From the human T2T-CHM13v2.0 reference genome, Homo sapiens, in assembly GCF_009914755.1 (NCBI RefSeq), contig NC_060926.1: 64,000 nt of DNA; one strand, written 5' to 3'. This document shows, in pieces, positions 1 through 11,628 of the stretch (positions are counted from its first letter, which is position 1; every line of letters begins with the position of its first letter). Position numbers and translations under genes: made by a program. Under the pieces are notes generated by a model, which saw nothing but the letters and a program-made list of their open reading frames with translations, was not told the origin of the DNA and ran no database searches.

Positions 1-2399
1 CTCACAGTGAAATGAGGGATATATACCTGTAATACTAAGGGGGAAATGTTACACAGGACATTAAGGAATCTTCATCAAGGAAAACTGTTCTCTTAGTAAC
101 ATTTACATGTATCTTGGAATAACTGGATTGAACCTCCACCTTTTTGAATAATCTACTTTTTAAACAGCCATAATTTCTTTTTATTTTCTATATGAATGCT
201 GTTTTAATTTAGCAAACAAGTATACATTGTTCAACAGCAATGCACATATCCCTTGGCACAAATCAGTGCTCCTCAATAAACAATTTTGATTGAAAGAATG
301 ACTCTTTACTAGATTACATTTAGATTTTTAATATTAAAAATGTTGATTTCGCTATCAAGAATCTGTCTCAATTTTAATTTTTTTCTTCTTCCATTTATGT
401 CTTAAGGAAATCTATGATGTTTACTGACCCTCTTGTAACTCCTTAATTGGGCTTGGTTCATAATTATGATGTATTTTCCACAGTTTTAGAGGAAAATCTA
501 TGTTCTATAAAACTGGAGATTTTAAATCAGTAATCTGTTGCAGTTAACATTGTTTCCACATTTAATGGAATTTTCAAGTCTTTAGCTTACGAAGGGCATT
601 TTTATTTAATATTCCAGAGTCAATCTAATAGGCTTAAAGTATTTAATGTTTCATGTTGATTTGGTAGCTTTGTAGATGAAATAAATTATGCGTATTTTTA
701 TTAGGTACACTGGAAAAGGAGGCCTCTTTTTCAGTCATGTAAGAATACCTGCTGCTTTATTTTTGCATTTCTTTGTGAAGTGCTTTCCCTTTTATCCCCT
801 TTGCTAAATCAGTGTGGAGCCCAAAGCATCATCACAGTGTAAGGAAATAATTGAATTTCTACTTGGGAAATTGGATTTTGACGAGTTGGATTTCCCCAGT
901 GGAGTATGAATGACAGTAACTCAAACTCTAAGAAAAGGGCATCTTTGGAATATCCTTGTAGAATAGTTCACAGAATCCTGGGCCATAGTTTTAGTGTTCT
1001 TTTCTTTCCCCCTACTAGATTGCAAATTTCCTCATGTGCCTTTCTTTAACTATCATGTATATAACATGAGTGATAGATTAAAACGCAAACTGTGAAGAGT
1101 GTCTTAACGAAGGTTGGGATGCAGTGCTAAATTCCGTAATCGTGTGAGGTTATCTGAGGAATTAAAGGAATTGAGGTCTATTGCTGAGGTACAGTGTCTA
1201 TTTGTACAGTAGAAGGATTCATTCTAGGAATGGCACTGAGAAGATGCAGTCAGAAAAGAAGAAATGCCAAGCTGGGTAGACATTCAAGAGATTCTGTGGA
1301 TTTCTGTGGACATAAAATACCCCTTCATACAAAATTAAAAATGCAGTTTTCTAATTATGTTGTCTAGACACTATTGAAGTATTCCAATTTCCTTTATTAT
1401 TATATCTCAATGATTTCACTGTTATATTGACATAATTGTTTGCTTTGTATCTTTTAAACACCTGACCACCTTACTAAATGAAGCGATACCTTTTGGGCAT
1501 TACTCAGTTGAGGATCCTGGGTCATGTTTTTGTATCAAATGCAGGCAAAGAATTTAGCATTTGAGAAGGCAGTGTAGAAGTCTATATTGCTAACTAATGT
1601 TTGAGTCACTGAACTCAAATCATGTTTTAAAGGGTTTTTTTTGTGATACTTATGAAAAAGTATGCTATATAACAGAGTTGAATGACCTGATGTTGACAAC
1701 ATTTAAAGTAGACTACCTAGAATACTAGCTGATTACCTTGTTAGCATTATTGCAATTTATTAATTTAAATTTGGAAGGGTGCTTAAGAGTCACGGAATAT
1801 GCTTATTAGAAGAAGCTGTATCATTCAATTTTATAAAATATTCTCTTAAGGGTAAAAAAATCTTTTTCAAAATACTTGCATCAAAATCAGTGGCTATAGC
1901 TGGTTGAGCCAGCCCATTTTATTCTAGACTCATTGTAGCCCATTCTATTCTAGGATTGCTGGCCAAGAGACTTTAGCACATACCTATTGAGCAATGTCTA
2001 GCGAAATGCTCACCTGTACAAGGTGTAGGAGGAGAAAGTGCCTCAAATTAGATGTTAAGATTACTGGTCTCTAGAAACAATCTGTCTTTTATTCATGCCA
2101 TTGAGCGTTTACTGAGAGACACAATGCACCATCTAATGTGGGAGGTGTTTGGCAAATGTGGGCAGCTGTCACTTGTCTGGTGCCGAAGCATTTTAGTTAC
2201 ATTCTGTGGAGCATCTTTTGACTTGTTTTCTCATTTGTAAAACTGAGGTATTAATGTGTGGTTGTGTTTCACAAAAGTTGATATGAACCTTAAATTAGAT
2301 AATAGATTTTTTGGAAAAAGCCTTTTATTTGATACTATGATACATGCACAAATATACATTTAATTATAAAAGTAAAACATGAAATGTCTTCTTTTTAAA

Positions 2400-3179
2400 A
2401 TATTTAATAAACCAAAACTCCGTAAAATAAGAAGTGAAATTCTTCCAGGGCAAACCCCACTGTCTATAGTTTAGTGTGGTATCTGATGATTTTAGCCATG
2501 GTTATGCATAGAAGCAAACACGTTTAGTTTTGATATTGTTGCTGTTTTCAGTGTTATTATTTTATAAAATAAAAAGATATATGTATGTATGTATATTGGT
2601 GTGATAAGGATATACATATAAACATAATCACTATATATAAATATATTCATATAAAATCACATATGTACATATGTCCTACTGTAACTTGCCTTCTCCTTAG
2701 AAGTTAAATTTACATTGAGCACACTCTTCCTATATAAAATATTTTATGGAACATATGATGATTTATAAAACCATTCCCTTTAGATTGAACATTCAGATTG
2801 TTTCTACTTATTATTATTATATTGCATTATTATCATAAAAGTACTTAACATGAGATATGCTCTCAACAGATTTTTAAGGGTAGAATACAGTATTGTTATC
2901 TGTGGGCACAATGTTCTACAGCAGATCTCTAAAGCATATTCATTTTTCATAATTGAAATTTTATACTTATTGAACAATTCTTCATTTCCTGGTCCTCCCA
3001 GCCTCTGGCAACCACCGTCAGCACTATTCATAAGAGCCAAGATGTGGAAACAATGTTACATGTTTACACACCCTACATGTACACAAAGCATTCACATACA
3101 CCCCACACATACCATGCACATATACACACTACACACACTCTAAATGTACCTATACCACAAATACCCATCATTCGAACAC

Positions 3180-3219
<40 letters not shown>

Positions 3220-3887
3220 GAGTCTGTTCCCTAGCCACAGCACTCCTGCCCACTACAACACCGAATGAAAGACATATGGTTAAACTTAAAAGATTCCTAG
3301 ACTAAACGTCCTATACCTCAAATATGTCAACTCTTCCCAAATACATGTAAAATTGAGTGCAATCTCAATCAAAATCTCAACAGGTTGCTTTTTTTTCTGA
3401 GAACTTGTCAAGTTTATTCTAAAGTCTATCTGGAAGACAAACTGTGCAAGAACAGCCAGGATATTTCTTAAAACAAAGTAGAATATTAAGGGATGACTAG
3501 CCTTTCTCGTTATCAAAACATACAAAAGGTCGCAGTGATTAACATAGAATGGTTTTGGGTCCTGGGATATATCGGGATATATCAGTGACAAAAAAATAGA
3601 GTCTGTGAATATTGAAACCTGAGCATTAAGATAAGTGAACCATGTTAGTCCCTGCAACTTCATTTAATATTTTTAAAAAGGTAGTCTGCCCTTCTGTAAT
3701 GGGATTATTACCTTAGCATAATGTCCTCAAGGTTCATCCATGTTGTTGCATATTGCAAAATTACCTTCTTTTAAAAGGCAGACTATTTTGTTGTATGTTT
3801 ATAGCACACTGTTTTCATCCAGTTATCCATTGATAGAAAATTAACATTGTTTCCACATCTTGACTGTTATGAATAGTACTGATGGTG
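2400..3887. mobile_element. Composite of old L1M fragments in mixed orientation (minus ~2400-3012 and ~3685-3887; plus ORF2-like ~3280-3620)
   Basis: L1M 3' UTR motifs (cagcagatctctaaagc, ggcaaccacc, atgtcctcaaggttcatccatgttgttgca) and sense ORF2-like sequence (tgcaatctcaatcaaaatctcaacagg...attctaaagtctatctggaa). Confidence 0.7.
3059..3219. repeat. CA-rich tract ending in a pure (CA)n microsatellite (~3182-3214)
   Basis: Directly visible. Confidence 0.95.
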
Positions 3888-4006
3888 TGTGTATAGTGTG
3901 TGTGATGTGTATGTGCATGCCGTGTGTGTGTGTGTGTATGCCATGTGGTATGTGTATGTGGTGTGTAGTGTGTGTGGTGTGTCAGGTGTGTGTATATGGT
4001 GTGTGT
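3885..4006. repeat. TG-rich degenerate microsatellite
   Basis: Directly visible. Confidence 0.95.
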
Positions 4007-4115
4007 TGAAGTGGGAGAGAAACAGGGATGAGTACATTAGATGGTAGATCTGTGAGAATTACGTATGTAATTCTATGAATTTAGCAACTCCACAGTCAAA
4101 AGAAAAGAAACAGTA

Positions 4116-4416
4116 AGTTTTTTGTTTGTTTGTTTTTTGTTTTTAACAGAGTCTTGCTCTGTGGCCCAGGCTGGAGTGCAGTGGCACGATCTTGGCTTAG
4201 TGCAACCTCCTCCTCCCAGGTTCAAATGATTCCTATGCCTCAGCCTCCCCGTAGCTGGGATAGCTGGGGTTATAGGTGTGCGCCACCACGCCCAGCTAAT
4301 TTTTGCATTTGTAGTAGAAATGCTCTTTCACCATGTTGGCCAGACTGGTCTCAACTCCTGACTGCCTTGGCCTCCCAAAGTGCTGGGATTACAGGCATGA
4401 GCCACTGTGTCCAGCC
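4116..4416 (-). mobile_element. Alu (S/J) with small internal duplication and deletion
   Basis: T-rich tail, then cagagtcttgctctgtggcccaggctggagtgcagtgg...gagccactgtgtccagcc. Confidence 0.93.
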
Positions 4417-6049
4417 ACAAGAGTAAAATTTTAAAGCAATTCCTGATAGAATGCTGAGGAAGGAGGAGGGGTGGTGGGGTCTAGGGTGAGGAGGATGGAG
4501 AAGTCAATGGTCTAATCAACTCCAAGATGTTTCCAAGGCTTTGCATGCTAGAAGCAACCACCCCTTTTCTTTTACCTTGGACAGCCCAAAGCCTCAATCT
4601 ATAGCCACTATCTCCAGACTTAGCATACAGGTCCCTCTTCCAATCTACCATTCCAACCATATTTCAGGTTCTTCTTTAAGTGTAAGTGCTTGAGGCCTGC
4701 TGTTTCCTCCTGTGTGTGTGCAGCCTGCTCTCCACCCACTTCCTAGGTAATTCACCCCTTAATAAATCGAACACTTGTTGATATCCTAATACTCATCAGT
4801 GTTCTCTGTTCTTGGAATTTATACCTGGACAGCATTAAAAATGTCCCATCCCTCAAGAAGCTTACATTCTAGTCATAATTCGTAAGAAATTATGTAGTAC
4901 GTTAGCAGATTTTAAGTGCAAAGGATAAGTAAAAGTAGAACCGAGTGGGATCTAGCTGGAGAGTGGGTTGAAATTTCAAATAGGATGGTCAGGGCAGAGC
5001 CAAAGACAAGATGACATTTGTACCAAGTCTTGAAGGAATTTGGTGGATTTATCAGTGGAAACATCTGGACTCTACACTAAAGAGCGTGTTTTCATTACCC
5101 TTGATGCTCAAAACAAGATGTACATGTTGGTCCATTTGCATGATGTTTGTCTGGTCTTCACTGACTTATTTTGATTTATAGGTTTGTGACCTCTTTGCCT
5201 CCAGCTCTAGAAAGCTTACTATTAATAACTTTGAATATAGTTTGGGCTGTTCTGGTTTCCTCTGCAGGCATTAAAATTCAAGCTAAATGAAGTCAAGTGT
5301 TCCGTTTCTTTCAGTTTATAAATTCTGTAAAAATATGGACGTGATTTTAAAGGTAATAGGTTTTCAATTTTGGACAGTCCTAGGTAAATTCTCATTAAGT
5401 ATTTGTGAAATGGAGGACGGGATGTAGAGATCGGCACTCCATTCTCTTTCTCCCACACCTATCACATTTCTTGTAGTTTTTCTTCCAGTGACTTTCTTTA
5501 TTTTCAGAGCACTTATGTTTTTCCTTCACATCATCAATTTTATGTTTTAAATTCTACTTTTTATTGCCTTCAATATGACTTTTAATTGAGCCTTAGTATT
5601 TAGAATGTTTTGCATTTTTTCTTATTTCTGCCAACCTCTTTATACTATCTTGTTCATCCTTGCTTGTCTTTTCCTTATGGCTCATTTTCCTGTTTCATTG
5701 ATCTTGACACTTTTTGATGACACCAAACAATTATTTTCAGAAATGCATTTTAAATCCCATTTAAACAATATTTGTCACTGCTGTGCTGTTCTATAGTACC
5801 TTTAGAGAAAGAGTCTCCTTATTGTATAGATTATATTTTAAGTACAGTATATAAAAGTATAACTGGAAGATGGCTACACAATGCAGAATTCTTGGCGGTA
5901 CCATCGCCATCAAAAGAACAAGCTCCTTGGCCTTCCTATCCCTATGAGCCTCCTGCCCCTCTGGCTCCCATGTGACGTCGGGGAGACATCTATTAGTTGT
6001 TTTAGCATCTATCTTAGACAGTCTCACTTTTTTAAAGCCTTGGATATAG

Positions 6050-6300
6050 CAGGTACAGTGTAGTATTAACCTGGTGTACTCTGGAGCCAGATGCCTGAGT
6101 TTAAAACCCACTTTGACTGACCTTTGTCAGCTCCATGACTCAGGGAAAGCCACTTACCTTAATTTCTCTGGTCTTCCTTTTCCTTTTCCTGATCTATAAA
6201 ATAGAAATAACCACTGGCTTCAGGAGGAGTAAATGAGTGAATGGAGGTTAATATCTAAAAACATGATTAAGCACTCTGTGAATGTTAGCATATTTATTCT
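6050..6300. mobile_element. MIR fragment
   Basis: actctggagccagatgcctgagttt...ccatgactcagggaaagccacttacc...tctataaaatag. Confidence 0.7.
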
Positions 6301-6454
6301 TAATTTTATTTACTGTTATTTATAAATCCCATAGTTTTAGTAAATTTTTTCTGTTTCCTAATCTTTGAAAGAGAACACATGTATCAATTGTTAGCTTCTG
6401 GTACCAGGAAGGAATTTTTTCTACCTACCTCATTTTTTCCAAGGGCCTGGAAGG

Positions 6455-6604
6455 CCCCCTTCCTCCCTCCCTCCTTTCTTTTCTTTTCTTTTCTTTTTTC
6501 TTTTCTTTTCTTTCTTTCCTTCTTTCCTTCTTTCTTTCTTTCTTTTCTTTTCTTTCTTTCTTTCTCTGTCTCTCTCTTTCTTTCCCTTTCTTTCTTTCTT
6601 TCTC

Positions 6605-6612
<8 letters not shown>
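6455..6612. repeat. Polypyrimidine (CTTT/CTTTT/CCCT)n tract
   Basis: ~155 nt of almost pure C/T adjoining an Alu tail. Confidence 0.95.
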
Positions 6613-6977
<365 letters not shown>

Positions 6978-9599
6978 TAGCCTAACCTCCATCTCATTTT
7001 CTTGCTATTAATGTTGTTTGCATCTGTAGAACTACTGCTTTGGGATTTTCTCCTGCTCTGGCTCTTTGGTTCTAACTGTAATTGTGAGTCAGGAGTAATG
7101 TCTATATGTTTATATATCTTTGGTAAAAGAACCTGCTGCCCATTATGTAATTTTTTTTTAGGTTTTTAAGGATTTGGGGAGTTTTTTTTTTTCTAAGACA
7201 ACAAGTTTTCTCTTATGCGCTACCTGTAGCTTGCTTGTCACCCAGTTGTTTACAGTGACATAAAATGTGCTGTAATGTTCCATAGATGGGAACATAGGTG
7301 TGGTCATGTGAGGGAGCTTGGTTCCCCATGGCTTGGATTAGGGATCTTAATCAGTATTATCGTTTCCTGATATTATGGTCCCTGCCATGACTTGGTTGTA
7401 TTATCTCACATGTAGTTCATTTCACATTGCCAGTTTTTACAGCTGTATATTTTCATAGTGTTTTTGAATAAATAGCGAGCCACGGAGAAAGACTAAAGGA
7501 AATCTGGGTTGCATGCTTTTAATCATGATTGTATCTTTTAAGTATATTGACATTTTGACTAAAAGATCAACTGTGCCTTTGCATGATACATATGCATAAC
7601 TACACTTTCCTATAATAAAATAATTTACATTCCCAGTTCTCTTTCATATACATAATAACTCATGGCTATAAGAAATTAATTCTATCTCATTCAGTCTCAT
7701 AGTTTCACAGATATGTGAAATATATTTATAATATGTTGATTAACAGTTTTATAGTGAGATACATAGCAGCACAGCCATTTTATAAGGTAACTAACTGAAG
7801 GTGATACGGATAATTTATTGACTTTTAGTTGGCTTTTAAAATGAACTACACATTTTTTTTTTGAGGGGATGGAGGAATTGCCTGTATGGATTGAGTAAAA
7901 TAGTTTACAGATTCTAGATTTTGCAATTAACCTACCCACTTTCTAACAGTAAATTAAATGGTATCTTCAAGGCTCTGAAACCAATAATGTAATGTAATTC
8001 CACTATTGGAACTAATGATGAAAAGAAAAGAGATTAAGGAAATAGATGAGAACAATGTTAAATTGTAACTTACTGTCGCTTAAGGTTATTTAGATGATCT
8101 CCATGACACAGTGGGAACAAATTTGGATATTTCTTAAATTTTGCAGATTCTATCAATAAAAAGTGTTTTAAAATTTATTTTAAATGGATTTTTCATATTC
8201 AGAGAATGTAATACTCAAGAAGCCAAAAAAGCTACTTTTTAGCAAATAGTATTCATTTCCTATATTTTCTCATAGATCTAAGAAATGTAAATTTGTTATA
8301 TCATGAAATTAGAATTGAATTAAATGAGCACCTGTTTTAAAAAATAAGAATTGGAATAATTTAAAAATCATTCTCAAACCTTGGACTTTTATAATGTTAT
8401 TTTTAAATTAAAATAGTTCACACGCACTAACACACAGAAAATAATTGATAATGATTCAATATATTATATTAATTTATAAAATATTTAGTGGCAGTTTCAA
8501 GTATGATGGCAAAAGAATAAAGGTTGATAAATCACACTCTTTCCTACACAGAGTTAAGAATCTAGTATAATGAAGCTTAAACCAAATTATTGTATCCCTT
8601 TAATTATTATTTCAAAAACCTAAGTTTTAAATTCTGAGTTCTAATTTACATGATGGTATGTTGACATTTATTTTTTCTCTGATGAAGTTGAAATAAGAAT
8701 AAAAATAGTTAATTAGAACATCTCACTGACAATCTGCATACAGAAATAAAAATATATTGTGGTATGGAGATGAAATGCAGTCAAGATTAATGCTGAATTT
8801 GAATTAAAGCTTAATATAAAATGAGTAACGCTGATTAGGCTGTGTGTGAATAAAAATATTCTGGATGCAGAAAATTATGACATTTTAAGTATAATTTTTG
8901 AACTGAAGGAAAAAATTTAAAAGAGCAAAGGAAAGTTACAAAATTTAACAGTTGTGTTAGAGTATTTCAATGCATTCTAACAAGTTTTTCAAGCTTATTT
9001 TTTAAAAAGGTTTTATATTTCTAAAAATGATTTCAGTATTTTGAAGGCCATTTCAAAATTTGGAGTCCTAAAATGTTATTGGCTATTATAAAGACATAGC
9101 TAATAAAATGATTTAAAAAATGCTTAAATAGATAAAAATAATATCTGTTTCAACGAGTAGTCTTCAGACAGGAGAAATATAATACATGTAAAATGGCACA
9201 ACCTGCGATACATAGGACATCCCCGATGAATGTTGGTAAATGTTGAATCCAAAGGTGCAGGTGTACAAAATGTCTGTAAGAAAATAATGATAAAAGTTTC
9301 AACTTCACTAGAAGTGCTAGTTTTAGTGAAAAAGTAGTTAAACATATTTATGATTGAGCTGTTTCTGATACCGGGTCACTTGATTTTCTTGTCAGTCTCA
9401 AACTTTTCTATTTTCCTCCACTGCCAGCATTTGCAAAATTTCTTGATTTCCCTATTGTTTTAGAAGATATTTCACATTGTTGTAATGGGAGGAAATAGTC
9501 AGGTGAGTAAAAATGAAGCAGAAGCCATCTACTGTATTCCTATTGAATTTTCTGCTGAATTTCTCATCAGGTAATAAGAGCTCTGACTTATTCTGTGAC

Positions 9600-9790
9600 A
9601 AGTAAGTGTCAAGTACTAGGCAAGGTGCTGTTTATATAGCATCCAACCCTGTAAAGTAGGTATTATCTACATTGTATTGACAGATACTCCAAGACAGAGA
9701 GAGTTAAGGAGCTTATCCATGTTCATACACTAAAAATAATGGTGCTGATGTTGAAAGCTGGGTCAGTATCACCCAAAGCTGAGTTCCCAA
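9600..9790. mobile_element. MIR fragment
   Basis: aaccctgtaaagtaggtattatc...gagagttaaggagcttatccatgttcatacac. Confidence 0.6.
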
Positions 9791-11111
9791 CTGGAGGAAG
9801 TATTTTCCTCTGACATGCTCCTAAACTTTGTAAACATTAAACAAAAATAGTCTACAGTAAGAATTACACATTATCAGTTTTTTATTATTACATCATTTGA
9901 GTTGTTTATATTAAAATGTGTTTCAATATAAAATTATAGAGAACACCACATTACAAATGGATTATATTCCAGAAATTTATTTCCATTATCAGATCTTAGA
10001 ATATAAGGATAAGAAACACAATGAAGGACTGACAAATGAAATCCTGAGAAGAATGAACAATTTTCCTAAGAAGTGAACTTAGCAATTGGAATATGGTGTG
10101 GAATTGAAAAGTTGCAATCTATAAGTTTGTGTTCAAAAGAGGTGAATTTAATAACTTGTGAAATATTACAGAAAAAAAACAGGTTTTTTTCTGGTACAAA
10201 TTGTGACCTAACAGACTAAAGGGAGGGCTAATTTGAGGCAAGATAATTTCTTCTTGTGCTGATGAAGTATTGCCATCAGCCTGGGGTAGGCAGATTGCTG
10301 AAATTGTGTAAGTGCCTTGATAGGAACAAAAGCTTCAGAGGGAGTAGAAGAACGCCGGGCTGAAATGAAGGAGAAATCTTGTGAAGTATTTTTTTCTCTT
10401 CAGAAAACATTTCAATAACATTTTGAAATGATTTTAAATTTGCTTTTCTCTCCTTCTGGTTAATTATTGAATGGTAGTGCAGGGATAATTTTAAAGTCAG
10501 CACATCATATGAATTACAGTTTGGAGCAAAGGAGCTAAAAGATTGTATTTTTACTTAACAAATTCCTGGCATCTAAATTTGTGGAACTTTTTAGTTAAAG
10601 GGCTATGATAGAAGTATATTTAAATTATTTTAAATATTGAATCAGCTCTCTTTAACTGTTATATGCAAATGATAGATTATGATGTGTAGCATGGGCATAT
10701 TACAATTAAATCTCTAGTTTAAGAATGTGCATATATCACACAAAATTAAAAAGAATAATGATGAGACTCATCAAATTTACATGAAGTGATTTCCAATTTA
10801 GAAAATAGGATTTAAAAAAATTATATTTAGTGAGTTATAACCAGAATTACATAAGACAGATATGGAAATTTTATAAACAAAATGCAAAATATTCTAATGT
10901 TTCAATGTTCTACATGAACATATAGGGAAGCATAGACAATAGCCAAAAATATGTTCTGCATTCATATACTAGTTCAAGTCCGAGTCTGGCTACTTTCTAG
11001 GTAGTGTGCTTTTTGTCAAATTATAAAGATATATTCCATTTGTTTTTTGAAAACGAGTGAGATGCTTAAATAGAGTACAATTATCTCATTCAAAATGTAT
11101 GTTGTTTCCTC

Positions 11112-11628
11112 TCGAGAATTGTGAAGGTTCTGAGATTTGATTTTACTCTACTTGCAAGTGAAAAGGCAGCCTTCCTCCATTACATGAATACTGACAGAAG
11201 ACACAAGACTCTTGGGTCAGAGATAAGGGATGTTATTACTCATGACACAGTGAGCAGTATGAGCATCAGCAAAGTTGTGTCTGTCTCCTTTGCCTCTCAA
11301 GTACCAATGGAGCAATGCAATGGAACCAGACAGATGTTACACAAGCAGTGGGTTTGCTTCACAGCTGAGGAATCCAGGACTAAGGGCCCAGAACTTTTTG
11401 AGCAAGGATCAAACATTATGCCAAATGGCAAACAAGCAGATTCCCTGTCCACCAGGGAGCACACAGTTACATGGTTGTCATACTCTGGTAGACTTGACCT
11501 ATTTAGTTGCTTATGTGACTAGCTAGAAAAACTGCTAAGTATCAAGAGACAAATAAGCCTTGAAGTCTGGCGTATTCAGCAATAACATACTGGATGCTAA
11601 GAGACCTGGAAGACTGCCTCTCCCGAAA
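11112..11628 (-). mobile_element. ERV LTR, MER77/MER68/MER21-group-like (3' LTR of an antisense provirus remnant)
   Basis: Begins gaattgtgaaggttctgagattt...ctacttgcaag...cagaagacacaagactcttgggtcagaga, matching the reverse complement of the 3' end of this LTR group as I recall it. Adjoins retroviral internal sequence. Confidence 0.7.

Noticed and set aside
1911-1953. Short local duplications (also ~27269, ~32325, ~43723)
   Set aside because: Ordinary slippage duplications of 12-17 bp with no further structure.
11121-11522. 133-aa ORF
   Set aside because: Lies within the LTR on the non-coding strand, has a non-ATG start and no motif.
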